IMG/VR virus record: IMGVR_UViG_3300036546_000088
Location: 1 to 27,730 of that record
Length of the DNA: 27,730 nucleotides
From: a virus
Taxonomy: Duplodnaviria; Caudoviricetes
Reading direction: 5' to 3' (one strand)
Shown: piece after piece, positions 1 through 10,163 of the stretch
How positions within the stretch are numbered: the stretch's first letter is position 1
Layout: every line of letters begins with the position of its first letter
Notes under the pieces: model-generated
What the model was told of the DNA's origin: nothing
Database searches by the model: none
Seen by the model: only the letters and a program-made list of their open reading frames with translations
Position numbers and translations under genes: made by a program

Positions 1-127
1 ATATCAAGATAACATCATCAGAACCAGTCCCAGTAACATTAAGAAGTCTACAGTTAGAGATAAAGACAACAGGATAAAACAAGAGAACATATTATATAGA
101 ATATAATAGTGTCTATCCCTTGATACA
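1..127. repeat. 127-bp terminal overlap, identical to 27604-27730 (circular assembly overlap)
   Basis: Exact match from atatcaagataac to ccttgataca at both ends. 127 is a common assembler k-mer length, and the overlap contains the 3' end of the tail tubular B gene. Confidence 0.95.
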
Positions 128-165
128 TAAGGGCTGAGAGCTAACAAAGGGTAGGTTTAATAAAA
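84..165 (+). repeat. 82-bp dispersed tripartite element, copy 1
   Basis: agaacatattatatagaatataa...cccttgatacataaggg...aagggtaggtttaataaaa. Aligns without gaps to the copies at 15390, 17539 and 23714. Confidence 0.92.
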
Positions 166-214
166 TAAATTAGACCTATCTTACTCTCTTAACTTGTTGT
201 CATATCTAGCTATA

Positions 215-244
215 ACCAACAAAAACTGATTATTGTTGTATAAT
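215..244 (+). promoter_or_regulatory. Putative rightward promoter, variant ACCAAC-N18-TATAAT
   Basis: TATAAT at 239-244 with ACCAAC at the same 18-bp spacing as the ACCCTC-class promoters; upstream of ORF 288. Confidence 0.45.
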
Positions 245-287
245 GAATATATAGGACAATATATAAAATTAATTTAGAGGTGATAAT

Positions 288-761
288 ATGGGAGCAGCAG
301 CAGTTCCTATCATGGTTGCTACTACAGTTGCATCAACTGCAGCAGGTGTTTATTCTGCTCAACGTAGTGCTTCTTTAGCAGCATCAGATGCAAGAGCAAG
401 AGGACGACAAGCAGCTTCTCAAGCTCGTGAAGAAGAAATTAGTAGATTAGATTTGTTTAGTCAAGTTGCTTCCGAGAATACAGCACGAATGGCAGCAGGT
501 GGTCTTGCACAAGAAGGAACACTGGCACAAATCACAGAAGGTAACATTAGCACAATGGAAGAAGATACAGCAGGTATTAGAGCTACAGGTGCATCACAAC
601 AAGCTTACTATAATCAAGCAGCAAGTAATGCGAAGTCACAAGGTAATCTTAATTCCTTTACCGCTTTATTACAAGGTGCAGGCCAAGGTATGTCAGCTTA
701 TAATGCTTATCAAAACACCGCTTTACCTTCCGGTTCAGGTTCTGTTACAGGAACAAGTTAA
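288..761 (+). CDS. Internal virion (ejection) protein, T7 gp14-like position
   Basis: 157 aa, Ala/Gln/Gly-rich with a hydrophobic N-terminus; the first of three genes after tail tubular B; GAGG RBS. Confidence 0.75.
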   Translation: MGAAAVPIMVATTVASTAAGVYSAQRSASLAASDARARGRQAASQAREEEISRLDLFSQVASENTARMAAGGLAQEGTLAQITEGNISTMEEDTAGIRATGASQQAYYNQAASNAKSQGNLNSFTALLQGAGQGMSAYNAYQNTALPSGSGSVTGTS

Positions 762-774
762 CTATAAATCTAGA

Positions 775-808
775 GGAGGAGTGGTAAAATCTATCACCCT
801 CCTTTTTT
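775..808 (+). terminator. Putative intrinsic terminator
   Basis: Imperfect stem ggaggagtggta / tatcaccctcc followed by T6, just after the ORF 288 stop. Confidence 0.55.
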
Positions 809-825
809 ATTATAAATAGTATAAT
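796..825 (+). promoter_or_regulatory. Putative rightward promoter ACCCTC-N18-TATAAT
   Basis: ACCCTC at 796-801 and TATAAT at 820-825, upstream of ORF 860; the same layout occurs at 16130, 19808 and 22463. Confidence 0.65.
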
Positions 826-859
826 TAATAATAGAGGATAACCATAAGAGGAATAATTT

Positions 860-3079
860 GTGGCTTATAAAATTACAGATAACTTATTCAACAGTGCTAG
901 AGCAGAGTCACAAATTGGTCAGGCTCAAAGTTATGAAACTTCTAGTGCATTACAACTGTTGAATTCTTTACAGGGTGCTACATCTACTGCTCAAAGTATT
1001 AGTGCCGATGAATTTGAAAAAGAAATGAAGTTGCGTGAACAGACCGCAATTGAAACTGCAGTTAATCAAGCAGAAGATGATAATCGTAAACGTCAACTTG
1101 AAGCTGACACTGCTCAACAAGAATTACAAGAAGGTGTAGAATCTCGTGGTGCTCAAGCTCGTGCTGAACAAACACAAGCAGCAACAATGAACTTTGTTGA
1201 GCGCACAGGAACTACAGCTTATGATATTGCTTATAACAAAGCTAATCGTGCTAATGTAACAGCAAATATTGCAACCTATGCTAGAACTGAAATAGCTAAA
1301 CTTGCACAACAGTATGCTACTGACCCAGATGGTTTTAAAGGTGCAACTGTAGGTTTATTTGAGAAGATTGTAGAACAATATAATCTTAATCCAGAAACCC
1401 AACGTATTGTATTTGATGAAGTAATGAATGAGAATAATCGTTACTTACCAAACATCAGTGTAAATGGTTACAAGGTTATGAAGGATAACCAGTTTGCAGC
1501 ACAAACTAAAGAAGCCGAATCTTTACAGAACTCCGCTCTCAATACAGTCCGTTCAGGTAATATGTCTAAATATCGTGATGATAGGGCAAACTATATTGCA
1601 CGTCTGGATATTATGCGTAATGAAGGGTTTATCAATAGTTCACAATATAATGATGCTATTGTTAAGATGGATAAGGAAGCTTCTACTCAAATGCTTCAAG
1701 GTTCCGTAGAACGTGCATTGGTTGTTAATAACATTACTGGTGCGATTAAAGAACGTAATAGTTGGGAAAAAGATTTACGTAGTTCAGGTCTTATGTCACC
1801 AGATGAAATTGATTCTGCGCTATCTCGTGTTGATAGTGATATTGCTGCACGAATTAAGGCTATTAAAGAACAAGCTACAAGTGCAGCATTTATTGCAGAT
1901 GTTTGGGATAATGATGGTCTTCTAGATTATAAAGATACCACGCAGAAGAAAGCTGTTAATGCTTTTGCAGACCAGATGTTAGGTGCTAATCCAGATTACT
2001 CTGACCCAGTTAATAGACAGAAAGCAGCTATTATTGCTAACAGAACAGGTGTGGTTCCTGCCTCTACTGTAAGTTATATTCGTAAGACACAATTTAGTAA
2101 TGACCCGCAGGTTGTTCTTGAAGGTGTAACCACAATGCAAAACCTACTTGCAACTAACCCTGCATTTAAAGACCAGTTCTCAAGTTCAGATATTAAGTTT
2201 GCAGATAGTGTAGATGGTTTTATCTCGATGGGTATGGAACCCCAACAAGCTGTAGATAATGCTAAAGCAGCTCAGACTACTGAGTTTAAAGATTTACAAG
2301 CAGCTAACTTGATTCGTATTGGTGATAAAGCAGATTATACTAAACGTGTGAATAATGGTGTATCAGATTTTATTGGTAATCAATTAGATCGTTGGTTTGA
2401 GTTTGGGGAAACAATCACAGAAGAACAACGTGCAAAACTTACTGGTGATTATGACCGCCTATTTAAATTCCATCTTGGAACTACAGGTAATGTAGAGGGT
2501 GCTCAGAAAGCCGTAGAGCGTGATTTACGTGGTAAGTATGGCATTACCTATGTTAATGGTGTAAGAGAGCTTACAGCTTATCCTGTGGAGCAAACAACAC
2601 TTGGTGTCCCATCTGAACAAATCAGTGAAGATAACCCAGTTACTAAACAATGGTCACAAGATAAATTAACTATTGCTAAAGACTTAGGTTTAGTTACACA
2701 AACTAGAACTGGTAGTGAGCGTGAAGGAACTCTTCAAATTGTAGAAGAACCTGATGCGAGTTCCCTATCAATTCAACCAACAGAATTAGTTCAACAAGGA
2801 ATACCTCTTTATCAGGTTTACCGTAAAGATGAGAATGGAATTTATTCCCCTGTTTATGATACAGATGCAGAAGGTAATAACGTCTTTAAGTATTGGCGTT
2901 ATAGTAGTGAACAGCAACAAATTACTCGTGAAGCTGAACAAGCAGAAACTGTAGAACAAGCTCAGGAACGTCATAAGAAATCAATTGAACGAACTGATGC
3001 TATTAATAGACAAATACAACAATCTACGCAATCTACAGGTTCAAACATGTGGGGAGCTATGAATCAACGGAGATTTTAA
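860..3079 (+). CDS. Internal virion (ejection) protein, T7 gp15-like position
   Basis: 739 aa, helical and Ala/Gln-rich; GTG start with AGAGG RBS; size and gene order match the podovirus core proteins. Confidence 0.7.
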   Translation: MAYKITDNLFNSARAESQIGQAQSYETSSALQLLNSLQGATSTAQSISADEFEKEMKLREQTAIETAVNQAEDDNRKRQLEADTAQQELQEGVESRGAQARAEQTQAATMNFVERTGTTAYDIAYNKANRANVTANIATYARTEIAKLAQQYATDPDGFKGATVGLFEKIVEQYNLNPETQRIVFDEVMNENNRYLPNISVNGYKVMKDNQFAAQTKEAESLQNSALNTVRSGNMSKYRDDRANYIARLDIMRNEGFINSSQYNDAIVKMDKEASTQMLQGSVERALVVNNITGAIKERNSWEKDLRSSGLMSPDEIDSALSRVDSDIAARIKAIKEQATSAAFIADVWDNDGLLDYKDTTQKKAVNAFADQMLGANPDYSDPVNRQKAAIIANRTGVVPASTVSYIRKTQFSNDPQVVLEGVTTMQNLLATNPAFKDQFSSSDIKFADSVDGFISMGMEPQQAVDNAKAAQTTEFKDLQAANLIRIGDKADYTKRVNNGVSDFIGNQLDRWFEFGETITEEQRAKLTGDYDRLFKFHLGTTGNVEGAQKAVERDLRGKYGITYVNGVRELTAYPVEQTTLGVPSEQISEDNPVTKQWSQDKLTIAKDLGLVTQTRTGSEREGTLQIVEEPDASSLSIQPTELVQQGIPLYQVYRKDENGIYSPVYDTDAEGNNVFKYWRYSSEQQQITREAEQAETVEQAQERHKKSIERTDAINRQIQQSTQSTGSNMWGAMNQRRF

Positions 3080-3082
3080 AGA

Positions 3083-6000
3083 ATGGCTATCGAAGCGTTA
3101 ACAACACAACAACTCCAAGAGAAATACTTATCAGGGGCACAAGCTGTGCCTCTTGCTCAACCAATTGAAGAAGTAGATAATACAGGTTTCTTTGAGGATT
3201 TCTCAAACAGTATTGGCGCAGCATTTGAATTAGATAATACTGCTGGTAGTTACTTTGCAGATGAAACTCGTAATACTACAAATGATATTGAAGAAAACTA
3301 TGATGTATTCCAAGATATTCAAGGTTATGAAGATTATGCTTCAAGTTTCATTGGTGTAAGAAACTCAGCACGTTCACAAGCAATTAAGAATAAAATTGAT
3401 AGAGAGAATGCTGCACGTGAAGTAATTGCATCAGCAGGTGCTGGTGGTGTTGCAGCTTCAATGGTAGCTTCTATCTTTGACCCCGTTGATTGGGCTGTTG
3501 CAGGGCTTACAGGTGGTATTGGTATTGTAGGTAAAGCAGGTAAACTAGCACGTATTGGTATCGAAGCTACTACAGCAACTATTGCAACAGAAGCAGCTCT
3601 ACAGGCCACACAAGAGACACGAACTATTAATGAATCAATGATTAACATTGCATCAGCTCCTGCAATGATTGGTTTAGTTAAAAGTGCACAAGTTGCTGTT
3701 AAAATGGCAGGTCGTGCAGGTGTTCCAAAACATATTAATATTGATGATGCTGGTGATGACATTGTAGATTCTATGACCAATGGAGTAGACCCACGCTCAG
3801 TTCCTGATACAAGTTCTTTACGTAACGTTGGTGCTGCACAAACAAGATTGAATGGTTTTGGTTCTGAACAAGCTACTAAACTTGCAAAAGAATATATGGG
3901 TCGTTCCCAAGAATTTGAATTCACTGTTGGCGCAGGAAAACAACTAACTCGTGGAGCAACAAGTTGGCAGATGAATCTTACTCCTATTGGTCGTATGGTT
4001 GGTAGTATCTCAAATGTAGCTCGTAAATATGTTCACGCCTTCCTTGAGAATGGGTTTGTTACCAAAGGTAATATACAAGGTGTAGCAAAAGATGTAGCTG
4101 TAGAGACAAGCATTAACCGTATACAAGGTCAACTTATTAGTGCAGTTGAGAGTATATCTGATAAGATGTATAAAGCAGCTAAAGATAATGGTTGGCAAGG
4201 TGACTTAGGTAGCTTCCAACAAGAAGTTGGTAAAGCTATGAGTAATGGTGATATTCATGCGAACCAATATGTTCAGGATACAGCTAAGGAATATCGTAAA
4301 GTTTTAGACCGTATTAAACAAGAAGCTGTAGATTCAAAATTGCTCCCAGAAGATTTAGATTCAGTAACAGGTGCTGACTCTTATTTCACACGAGTATATA
4401 ACCGTGAAACAATTCGTGCGAATGCTGATGAGTTTCGTGATTTACTCCAACGTCATTTTATTCAAGCTGCGGAAGAAGCTCTACAGACTGCTGCTACAAA
4501 AGAACCATCACTAGGTAAACTTGGTGTAGGTATCACAGATGAAGAGATGACAGGTGAAGCTTTGAAGAATGTTACCCGTGATCAAGTTAACCGTGAGATT
4601 GATTCACGTGTAGAAGCTAAAATGTTGGATGAAGATTTTGATGGGTTGAGTGAAGTTAATAAACGAACTCTTAAAAATCAATTACGTTTAGAAACCTTAG
4701 ATGAATATTATAATGAATTGGTAGAAGAATTTTCTGATGTGGATGATTATCTAGCTATTATTGAAGCCTCTGAGAAAAGTTTTATGCGTAGCAAACAAGT
4801 AGACACTAAGCTTAAGATGTTAGAAGATATTGTGTTTGATATTAAATCTACAATTAACCGTGATTTGACAATTGATACGTCAGATATTGCACCTTACCGT
4901 GCTGCTGCAATTGATGTAGAACAAAACATTCTTGGTGATGGGATGTATAAACCTACTAAAACATCTACTGATGGTTTTTCAAATCCTAACCTTTCCTCTA
5001 AATTTAAAAAACGTGTGCTTACTCTTACAGATAATGAACTAGAACAGTATTTAGTTAAAGATGCTTCTGCAGTTATTCGTCGTAATATTATGAGTGTTGT
5101 TCCTCAAATCCAAGTTATGAAGAAACAGAAACTTCTTGGTGTTGAACGTCCAGACTTAGAAATGACTGAAATGAAAAATGCTATTAAGTCTGAATATCGT
5201 GAGAAGTTAAATTATGTTGATAAAGAGCATCTAGTAGAACATATCATGTCAGGTAAGTGGTTCAGACCGGATGATGATATGGCAGCTCTACTAGGTTTTA
5301 AAGTTTGGACTGATTTGAAAGTATCTGTCATGAACAACCTTGTAGATGAAGGTTTGGTTAACATAGGTAAATTCAATGTTAATGGTAGAATGGTAGAGGG
5401 TATGAAGAGTCTTAAAAAGGGAGTTACAGAAGACCAAGTTCGTGCTGCTATCGAAAAGAATACAGACCGATTGAATGAAGTAACATCTAAATGGACTAAA
5501 CTCTACACCAAACATATGAATAGTGACCTTAATGATTTAGAGGTAACTCGTCAACTTCTTCTTGGTGAATTACGTTATAAATCTGACCCTAATACCTTTT
5601 GGAATAAAAATTTACGTAATTTAAGAACTATTAATTATATGTCTATGCTTGGTGGAGTAGCAATTTCATCTGTAACAGATATTGCACGTCATGGTATGGT
5701 TAATGGTATCCGTGGTATGAAAGGTCTATTCTCAAAGAACTCTTTCAGTTCCTATATGAAATCTGCTTCTAAACAAGAAATGCAACGTCTTGGTGTTGTA
5801 TCAGAATTACTTCTAAACAAACGTGCTGCTGAACTGGCTGACATTCAAGAAGGTATTTATGAAACTGGCCCTGTAGAAAAGATGCTTGGTAAGATGAGTA
5901 ATGGTTTCAGTAAGTATACTGGTATGATGCACTGGAATGATTTCAACAAACAAGTAGCAGCAGGTATGACAGGTGATATTATCCTAGAAGCTGCTGAGAA

Positions 6001-6763
6001 CGTTTCTAAGGGTATTAAACTTGATAAGGCACTAGTTACCCGTCTAGCTGAGAATGGACTGGATGAATACTCTCTGAGAGCGATTGGAGAACAGTTCAGT
6101 AAACATGGTGAACGTGTTGATGGTTTGCGTCTAAGTAATGCAGAATCTTGGGATGATGTTGAACTGCGTGACCTTTATAGTGATGTATTACGTAAGCAAG
6201 CAGATATGGCTGTTATTACACCATCAGTAGGTGATAAACCATTGTGGGCAACAAGTAGTGAGTTTGGTAAAAGTGTATTCCAATTCCAATCATTTACTTT
6301 TGCTGCAAACAACAGACAAGCTCTTGTTGGTGCAAACTATAATACTAAGAACCTAATGGCTTGGAGTGGCGTTCAACTTTCACTAGCTTATATGGTTATA
6401 TCTTTGAAGGATGCTATCAAAGGTAAGGAACCTCGTGATTGGGATAATGACTTTAGCAGTAATGCTTTAGAATTGGTAGACCGTTCAGGTATCATCCCTA
6501 TGACGAGTTACTTTAGTAAAGCAGGCCAAGGTTTTGGTATTACTTCTCGAAACCGTTATGAAGAATCTACAGCTATTGGTTCATTACTTGGCCCTAGTCT
6601 TGGTTCTGTAGATAGAGCACGACAAGTTATTACTGATGCTTTCGATGGTAAAGGTTATGAGGCTTGGAGTAATGCAAGTAAACTTATGCCGTATCAGAAC
6701 CATCCATTTGTTCAAATACTAGAACAACTTTCCGAATCACAAAACGTGGATTTACGTAATTAA
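3083..6763 (+). CDS. Large internal virion (ejection) protein, T7 gp16-like position
   Basis: 1226 aa, the largest ORF; hydrophobic Gly/Ala-rich N-terminal segment and a FQFQSFTFAAN C-terminal motif typical of these proteins; precedes the tail fibre. Confidence 0.75.
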   Translation: MAIEALTTQQLQEKYLSGAQAVPLAQPIEEVDNTGFFEDFSNSIGAAFELDNTAGSYFADETRNTTNDIEENYDVFQDIQGYEDYASSFIGVRNSARSQAIKNKIDRENAAREVIASAGAGGVAASMVASIFDPVDWAVAGLTGGIGIVGKAGKLARIGIEATTATIATEAALQATQETRTINESMINIASAPAMIGLVKSAQVAVKMAGRAGVPKHINIDDAGDDIVDSMTNGVDPRSVPDTSSLRNVGAAQTRLNGFGSEQATKLAKEYMGRSQEFEFTVGAGKQLTRGATSWQMNLTPIGRMVGSISNVARKYVHAFLENGFVTKGNIQGVAKDVAVETSINRIQGQLISAVESISDKMYKAAKDNGWQGDLGSFQQEVGKAMSNGDIHANQYVQDTAKEYRKVLDRIKQEAVDSKLLPEDLDSVTGADSYFTRVYNRETIRANADEFRDLLQRHFIQAAEEALQTAATKEPSLGKLGVGITDEEMTGEALKNVTRDQVNREIDSRVEAKMLDEDFDGLSEVNKRTLKNQLRLETLDEYYNELVEEFSDVDDYLAIIEASEKSFMRSKQVDTKLKMLEDIVFDIKSTINRDLTIDTSDIAPYRAAAIDVEQNILGDGMYKPTKTSTDGFSNPNLSSKFKKRVLTLTDNELEQYLVKDASAVIRRNIMSVVPQIQVMKKQKLLGVERPDLEMTEMKNAIKSEYREKLNYVDKEHLVEHIMSGKWFRPDDDMAALLGFKVWTDLKVSVMNNLVDEGLVNIGKFNVNGRMVEGMKSLKKGVTEDQVRAAIEKNTDRLNEVTSKWTKLYTKHMNSDLNDLEVTRQLLLGELRYKSDPNTFWNKNLRNLRTINYMSMLGGVAISSVTDIARHGMVNGIRGMKGLFSKNSFSSYMKSASKQEMQRLGVVSELLLNKRAAELADIQEGIYETGPVEKMLGKMSNGFSKYTGMMHWNDFNKQVAAGMTGDIILEAAENVSKGIKLDKALVTRLAENGLDEYSLRAIGEQFSKHGERVDGLRLSNAESWDDVELRDLYSDVLRKQADMAVITPSVGDKPLWATSSEFGKSVFQFQSFTFAANNRQALVGANYNTKNLMAWSGVQLSLAYMVISLKDAIKGKEPRDWDNDFSSNALELVDRSGIIPMTSYFSKAGQGFGITSRNRYEESTAIGSLLGPSLGSVDRARQVITDAFDGKGYEAWSNASKLMPYQNHPFVQILEQLSESQNVDLRN

Positions 6764-6768
6764 TATTA

Positions 6769-6790
6769 AAGGGGTTAATCAAGACCCCTT
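6769..6790 (+). terminator. Stem-loop after the gp16-like gene (weak terminator or processing site)
   Basis: aaggggt-taatcaag-acccctt; the downstream U-tract is poor. Confidence 0.4.
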
Positions 6791-6809
6791 CCATTTTGGA
6801 GAATAAATA

Positions 6810-8405
6810 ATGGCTGAGTATACAACAGGAGATTTTCCTATTCTTAGATTTGTTGGTGATGGTGTCACTACAGTTTATGATGTGGTATTTCCTTTTTATG
6901 ACGAAGAAGATTTAGATATTTACATCGGTATTGATAGTGTTGATTTGAATATCGACTATACAGTTATCAATACAGGTGAATCAGCAGTAGAAGGTTTAGG
7001 ACAAGTTTCTTTCTTCACTCCACCAGATGTAGATGCAGAAATTACTATCATCCGTGAAACTAATAAATACCGACTAACAGATTTCGAAACAGCATCACGA
7101 TTTGAAGAGAAGTTACTGGATAATGAGTTTAATAACTACTTACGTCAGATTGAAGATGCACGTGTATTCCTTTCTGCAACACCTCACTTCCACCCACGTT
7201 ATATTGGTGAAGTAGATGGAACTATCGAGAATATTGTTCCACTTGGTATTCTACGTATCAATGCAGCAGGAACAGGGTTTGACTTTGTTAAATTATCAGA
7301 AACTCAAGAGTTTGCTGCTGCACTTGCAGCAGCAACAGAACAAGCGGATATTGCTGCTGCTCAAGTAGCTCTTGCAACAACACAGGCTAACATTGCAACC
7401 ACACAAGCTACTAATTCTAGTAACTCTGCGGCAGCAGCTCTTACAAGTGAAAATAATGCAGCTACTTCATATGTTGGTGCAGAAGCAGCACGTGTTCAAA
7501 CACTGTCTTACCAAGATTTAGCAATGCGCTATGCAGAAGAAGATTTCAATGTAGAAGTTGGGATAGGCACTTACTCTGCTAAACACTGGGCGAACCAAGC
7601 AGAAATTAATGCTAATGATGCTCTGTCTTCTGGTGGGCTGTTCACACCAACAGGTAGTTCTGAATACCCTAGTGTGGCTGGTATCACTAAAGACACTTTA
7701 TGGGTAATTAATATTGGTGCTGCACCATACAGTTATACTTATACTTCTGGTGATTTGAATGGAGTAGAAGTAACCTCGGGTAACTATTTGTTCTATGACT
7801 TTAGTTTAGGAATTTTCTCATACGTGCTTACAGCATCAAATGTTGATTGGGAAGGTCAAGTAAATGAAGTTCTAGATATGGTAGGTATGATGATGTGGGC
7901 AACAGGTTCTCAACAACCAACAGGTCGTTGGATTCAACCAGCAGGTTTCACATTATCACGTGCAACATACCCTGAATTATGGGCTTATGCACAAAGTTCA
8001 GGAAACCTTGCAGTTCAAGCGTCCAAACTTCCACATCAGTATGGCGATGGTGACGGTTCTACTACCTTTTCTATTCCAGATTTACGTGGTGAATTCTTAC
8101 GTGTATGGGATGACGGTCGTGGTGTAGACTCTGGTCGTGTATTCGGCACAAGTCAAACGGATGCAGTGCAAGCATTCAGTGGTAGTATTACCTCTACAGG
8201 TGAAGATGATGCTGGTGTTTACAACGTTAAAACTTCTGGTGGCCCATTCCGAACAGGTGGCGCAACACGTCGGCGTTTTGAATCAAGTCCTAATAATACA
8301 AACACATGTTCTAATACCTTAACATTTAACAATGCTTGGTCACAAAGAACAGCAAGTGAAACCCGCCCACGAAACATTGCATTAATGTTATGGCTTCGTT
8401 ATTAA
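6810..8405 (+). CDS. Tail fibre protein (T7 gp17-type N-terminal anchor, C-terminal phage tail collar domain)
   Basis: N-terminal GDGVTTVYDVVFPF...ITIIRET; Ala-rich coiled coil; C-terminal PDLRGEFLRVWDDGRGVDSGRVFGTSQTDA...ETRPRNIAL collar signature. Confidence 0.9.
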   Translation: MAEYTTGDFPILRFVGDGVTTVYDVVFPFYDEEDLDIYIGIDSVDLNIDYTVINTGESAVEGLGQVSFFTPPDVDAEITIIRETNKYRLTDFETASRFEEKLLDNEFNNYLRQIEDARVFLSATPHFHPRYIGEVDGTIENIVPLGILRINAAGTGFDFVKLSETQEFAAALAAATEQADIAAAQVALATTQANIATTQATNSSNSAAAALTSENNAATSYVGAEAARVQTLSYQDLAMRYAEEDFNVEVGIGTYSAKHWANQAEINANDALSSGGLFTPTGSSEYPSVAGITKDTLWVINIGAAPYSYTYTSGDLNGVEVTSGNYLFYDFSLGIFSYVLTASNVDWEGQVNEVLDMVGMMMWATGSQQPTGRWIQPAGFTLSRATYPELWAYAQSSGNLAVQASKLPHQYGDGDGSTTFSIPDLRGEFLRVWDDGRGVDSGRVFGTSQTDAVQAFSGSITSTGEDDAGVYNVKTSGGPFRTGGATRRRFESSPNNTNTCSNTLTFNNAWSQRTASETRPRNIALMLWLRY

Positions 8406-8417
8406 TAAGGAAACTTT

Positions 8418-8912
8418 ATGATTATTTATAATTATGATTATGTGACCAAAGAATTTATTGGTATTAGTGATGCAACAGTAAACCCACTATCACCAAATGA
8501 TTTTCTAATACCTGCTAATGCTACTACACTAGAACCTCTAGCTTTTCAAGAAGGCTATGCCAATATCTTTAATGGTGAAGCTTGGGAACTTGTAGTAGAT
8601 AATAGGGGAACTACTTATTGGTTAGCAGATAAAACAGAACACACAATTCAGAATCTTGGAGTGGTCGTTCCTCAAGGAGCTTATCTTTCTATGGAGGATA
8701 TTCCACTAACCTTTGAAGAAGAATCTGACCAACTTAATACAGATTACGATATAAACATGCGAGATTTAGTAAGAGATTATACATTAGCTATTGCTCGTGA
8801 TGGTATTACAGAACAAAGTAAAGTGGATATTATCCGTCAAAAGATTCTAGATTTGGATGCAGCTTATGAACAGGCTCAACTTGATTTAATCACTAAACAT
8901 TTTGGAGAGTAA
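8418..8912 (+). CDS. Tail fibre assembly protein (Tfa-like)
   Basis: IYNYDYVTKEFIG...IPANATTLEP...WELVVDNRG motif, directly after the fibre gene. Confidence 0.8.
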   Translation: MIIYNYDYVTKEFIGISDATVNPLSPNDFLIPANATTLEPLAFQEGYANIFNGEAWELVVDNRGTTYWLADKTEHTIQNLGVVVPQGAYLSMEDIPLTFEEESDQLNTDYDINMRDLVRDYTLAIARDGITEQSKVDIIRQKILDLDAAYEQAQLDLITKHFGE

Positions 8913-8914
8913 CT

Positions 8915-9067
8915 ATGGAAGTTATTTATATTGGGCCTACATGCCCTCGTTGTGCAAACTGGCGCTATACTATTCTTACTCTTGGTGGTAATGATTATAA
9001 ACGTTGTGTGGAATGTCTACGCCTTACACCTGTGGTGGAAGGGGAACTGACCCCAGAAGAAGCTTAA
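8915..9067 (+). CDS. 50-aa zinc-ribbon protein (CPRC...CVEC), not in the ORF track
   Basis: Manual translation MEVIYIGPTCPRCANWRYTILTLGGNDYKRCVECLRLTPVVEGELTPEEA; GGAG RBS; starts 2 bp after the Tfa stop. Confidence 0.7.
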   Translation: MEVIYIGPTCPRCANWRYTILTLGGNDYKRCVECLRLTPVVEGELTPEEA

Positions 9068-9118
9068 TATTTATAGGTCAAGGATGACCTTAATTAAGTC
9101 CAATGTTGAGGTTATAGA

Positions 9119-9568
9119 ATGTTTACTGTTATTTGTATCCTACTACTTATAGTAACATTGTTAGCGTGTTGTAAATATAAATGGGCTTTGAGTTTATTAC
9201 CTATGTCAATAACCCCTCTAATTATTTCTGCATATTCTATAGAAAGTAATAATTCTATTATGTGGTCAATAGGAACTACTTTTCTAACAATGTTACCTAT
9301 TATTACTAATTTAAAATTAAAATTAAATACCTATATTATGGCAGATGTAATGTTGGTTTTGTGGATTACCAATGCTTCCTTACTGATGACAATCTCTATG
9401 AGTTTATTAGGTTTTATGATGGTAATATGGTTTAATATTATAGTAGCTTTTGGTTGGCTAACAATACTTATAATATTATTAAGGAACACAGATGAGTTTA
9501 TTAAACATATTAACTTACATCTCCTTCATCCTTTTAGGGATTATGTATCTAATACCTTGGATAACTAA
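9119..9568 (+). CDS. Multi-pass membrane protein of unknown function
   Basis: 149 aa, about 5 hydrophobic stretches; GAGG RBS. Confidence 0.65.
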   Translation: MFTVICILLLIVTLLACCKYKWALSLLPMSITPLIISAYSIESNNSIMWSIGTTFLTMLPIITNLKLKLNTYIMADVMLVLWITNASLLMTISMSLLGFMMVIWFNIIVAFGWLTILIILLRNTDEFIKHINLHLLHPFRDYVSNTLDN

Positions 9569-9607
9569 ACTAAAGAAATACTATAAAAACAAGAAGGTGA
9601 AAGAAAG

Positions 9608-9826
9608 ATGATTACTCCAAAACAGACAGCTATAGGTGTTGGCGTTACAGCAACACCAGTGGTAGGTGAACCTATCATTACTGCTAATATGTTAAGTGAA
9701 TATGTGATAGGGGGTTTGACTGTAGGCGCATGGCTTTATATATTATCCTTAGTTTCACTTATTCTTATTATTGTTCTGAATGGTTCTAAAGTTTTTAAAC
9801 TACTTAAAGAACTATTCAAAGCTTAA
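9608..9826 (+). CDS. Small membrane protein, possible holin
   Basis: 72 aa with one long hydrophobic segment followed by a basic C-terminus; located after the tail genes. Confidence 0.55.
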   Translation: MITPKQTAIGVGVTATPVVGEPIITANMLSEYVIGGLTVGAWLYILSLVSLILIIVLNGSKVFKLLKELFKA

Positions 9827-9871
9827 AACTATTAATACAATATACCTGTAATACTTTAAAAACTAGGTTAA

Positions 9872-10132
9872 ATGAGATTTAAAATGATAAGCACTTATCA
9901 AGTATCGGGTTTAGTTGCTGATGGAGATTTCTTCATTAAACTTAACCCACCTAGTTTATCTGGTATATTCAGTATAACTTTTTATTCAGATGAATTAAAA
10001 CTTCCTCAAACATTACGTGATTGGATTGAAGAACAACGTGGTGGGATGAGTAGGGAGGCTTTTGTTGTAAGTAAACTAGTTAACTTAATGAACAAAAGTA
10101 TTATGGAAGGTAAGAATACAAATAAAAATTAA
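9872..10132 (+). CDS. Hypothetical protein with a ribbon-helix-helix-like C-terminal half (start may be 9884)
   Basis: C-terminal LKLPQTLRDWIEEQRGGMSREAFVVSKL fits the RHH pattern; the N-terminal half is unrelated and beta-rich. Confidence 0.5.
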   Translation: MRFKMISTYQVSGLVADGDFFIKLNPPSLSGIFSITFYSDELKLPQTLRDWIEEQRGGMSREAFVVSKLVNLMNKSIMEGKNTNKN

Positions 10133-10136
10133 ACAT

Positions 10137-10163
10137 AAAAAAGACCCGCCAACTAAGGCGGGT
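10137..10163 (-). terminator. Intrinsic terminator at the convergence of the two arms
   Basis: Minus strand reads acccgcc-ttagtt-ggcgggt then cTTTTTT; perfect 7-bp GC-rich stem. Confidence 0.85.

Noticed and set aside
1-127. Terminal repeat as a biological direct terminal repeat
   Set aside because: The length equals a common assembler k-mer and it starts inside a gene, so it is best explained as an assembly overlap. The partial element at 27687-27730 is therefore copy 1 again, not another copy.
466-5515. Overlapping track ORFs within the internal virion genes (466, 1124, 1494, 1713, 2786, 3334, 4010, 5291)
   Set aside because: Alternate-frame or antisense shadows of long genes, with no recognisable motifs.
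6810-8405. Diversity-generating retroelement targeting the tail fibre
   Set aside because: No reverse transcriptase motif and no template/variable repeat pair was visible. The polymerase motifs are family-A-like, not RT-like.
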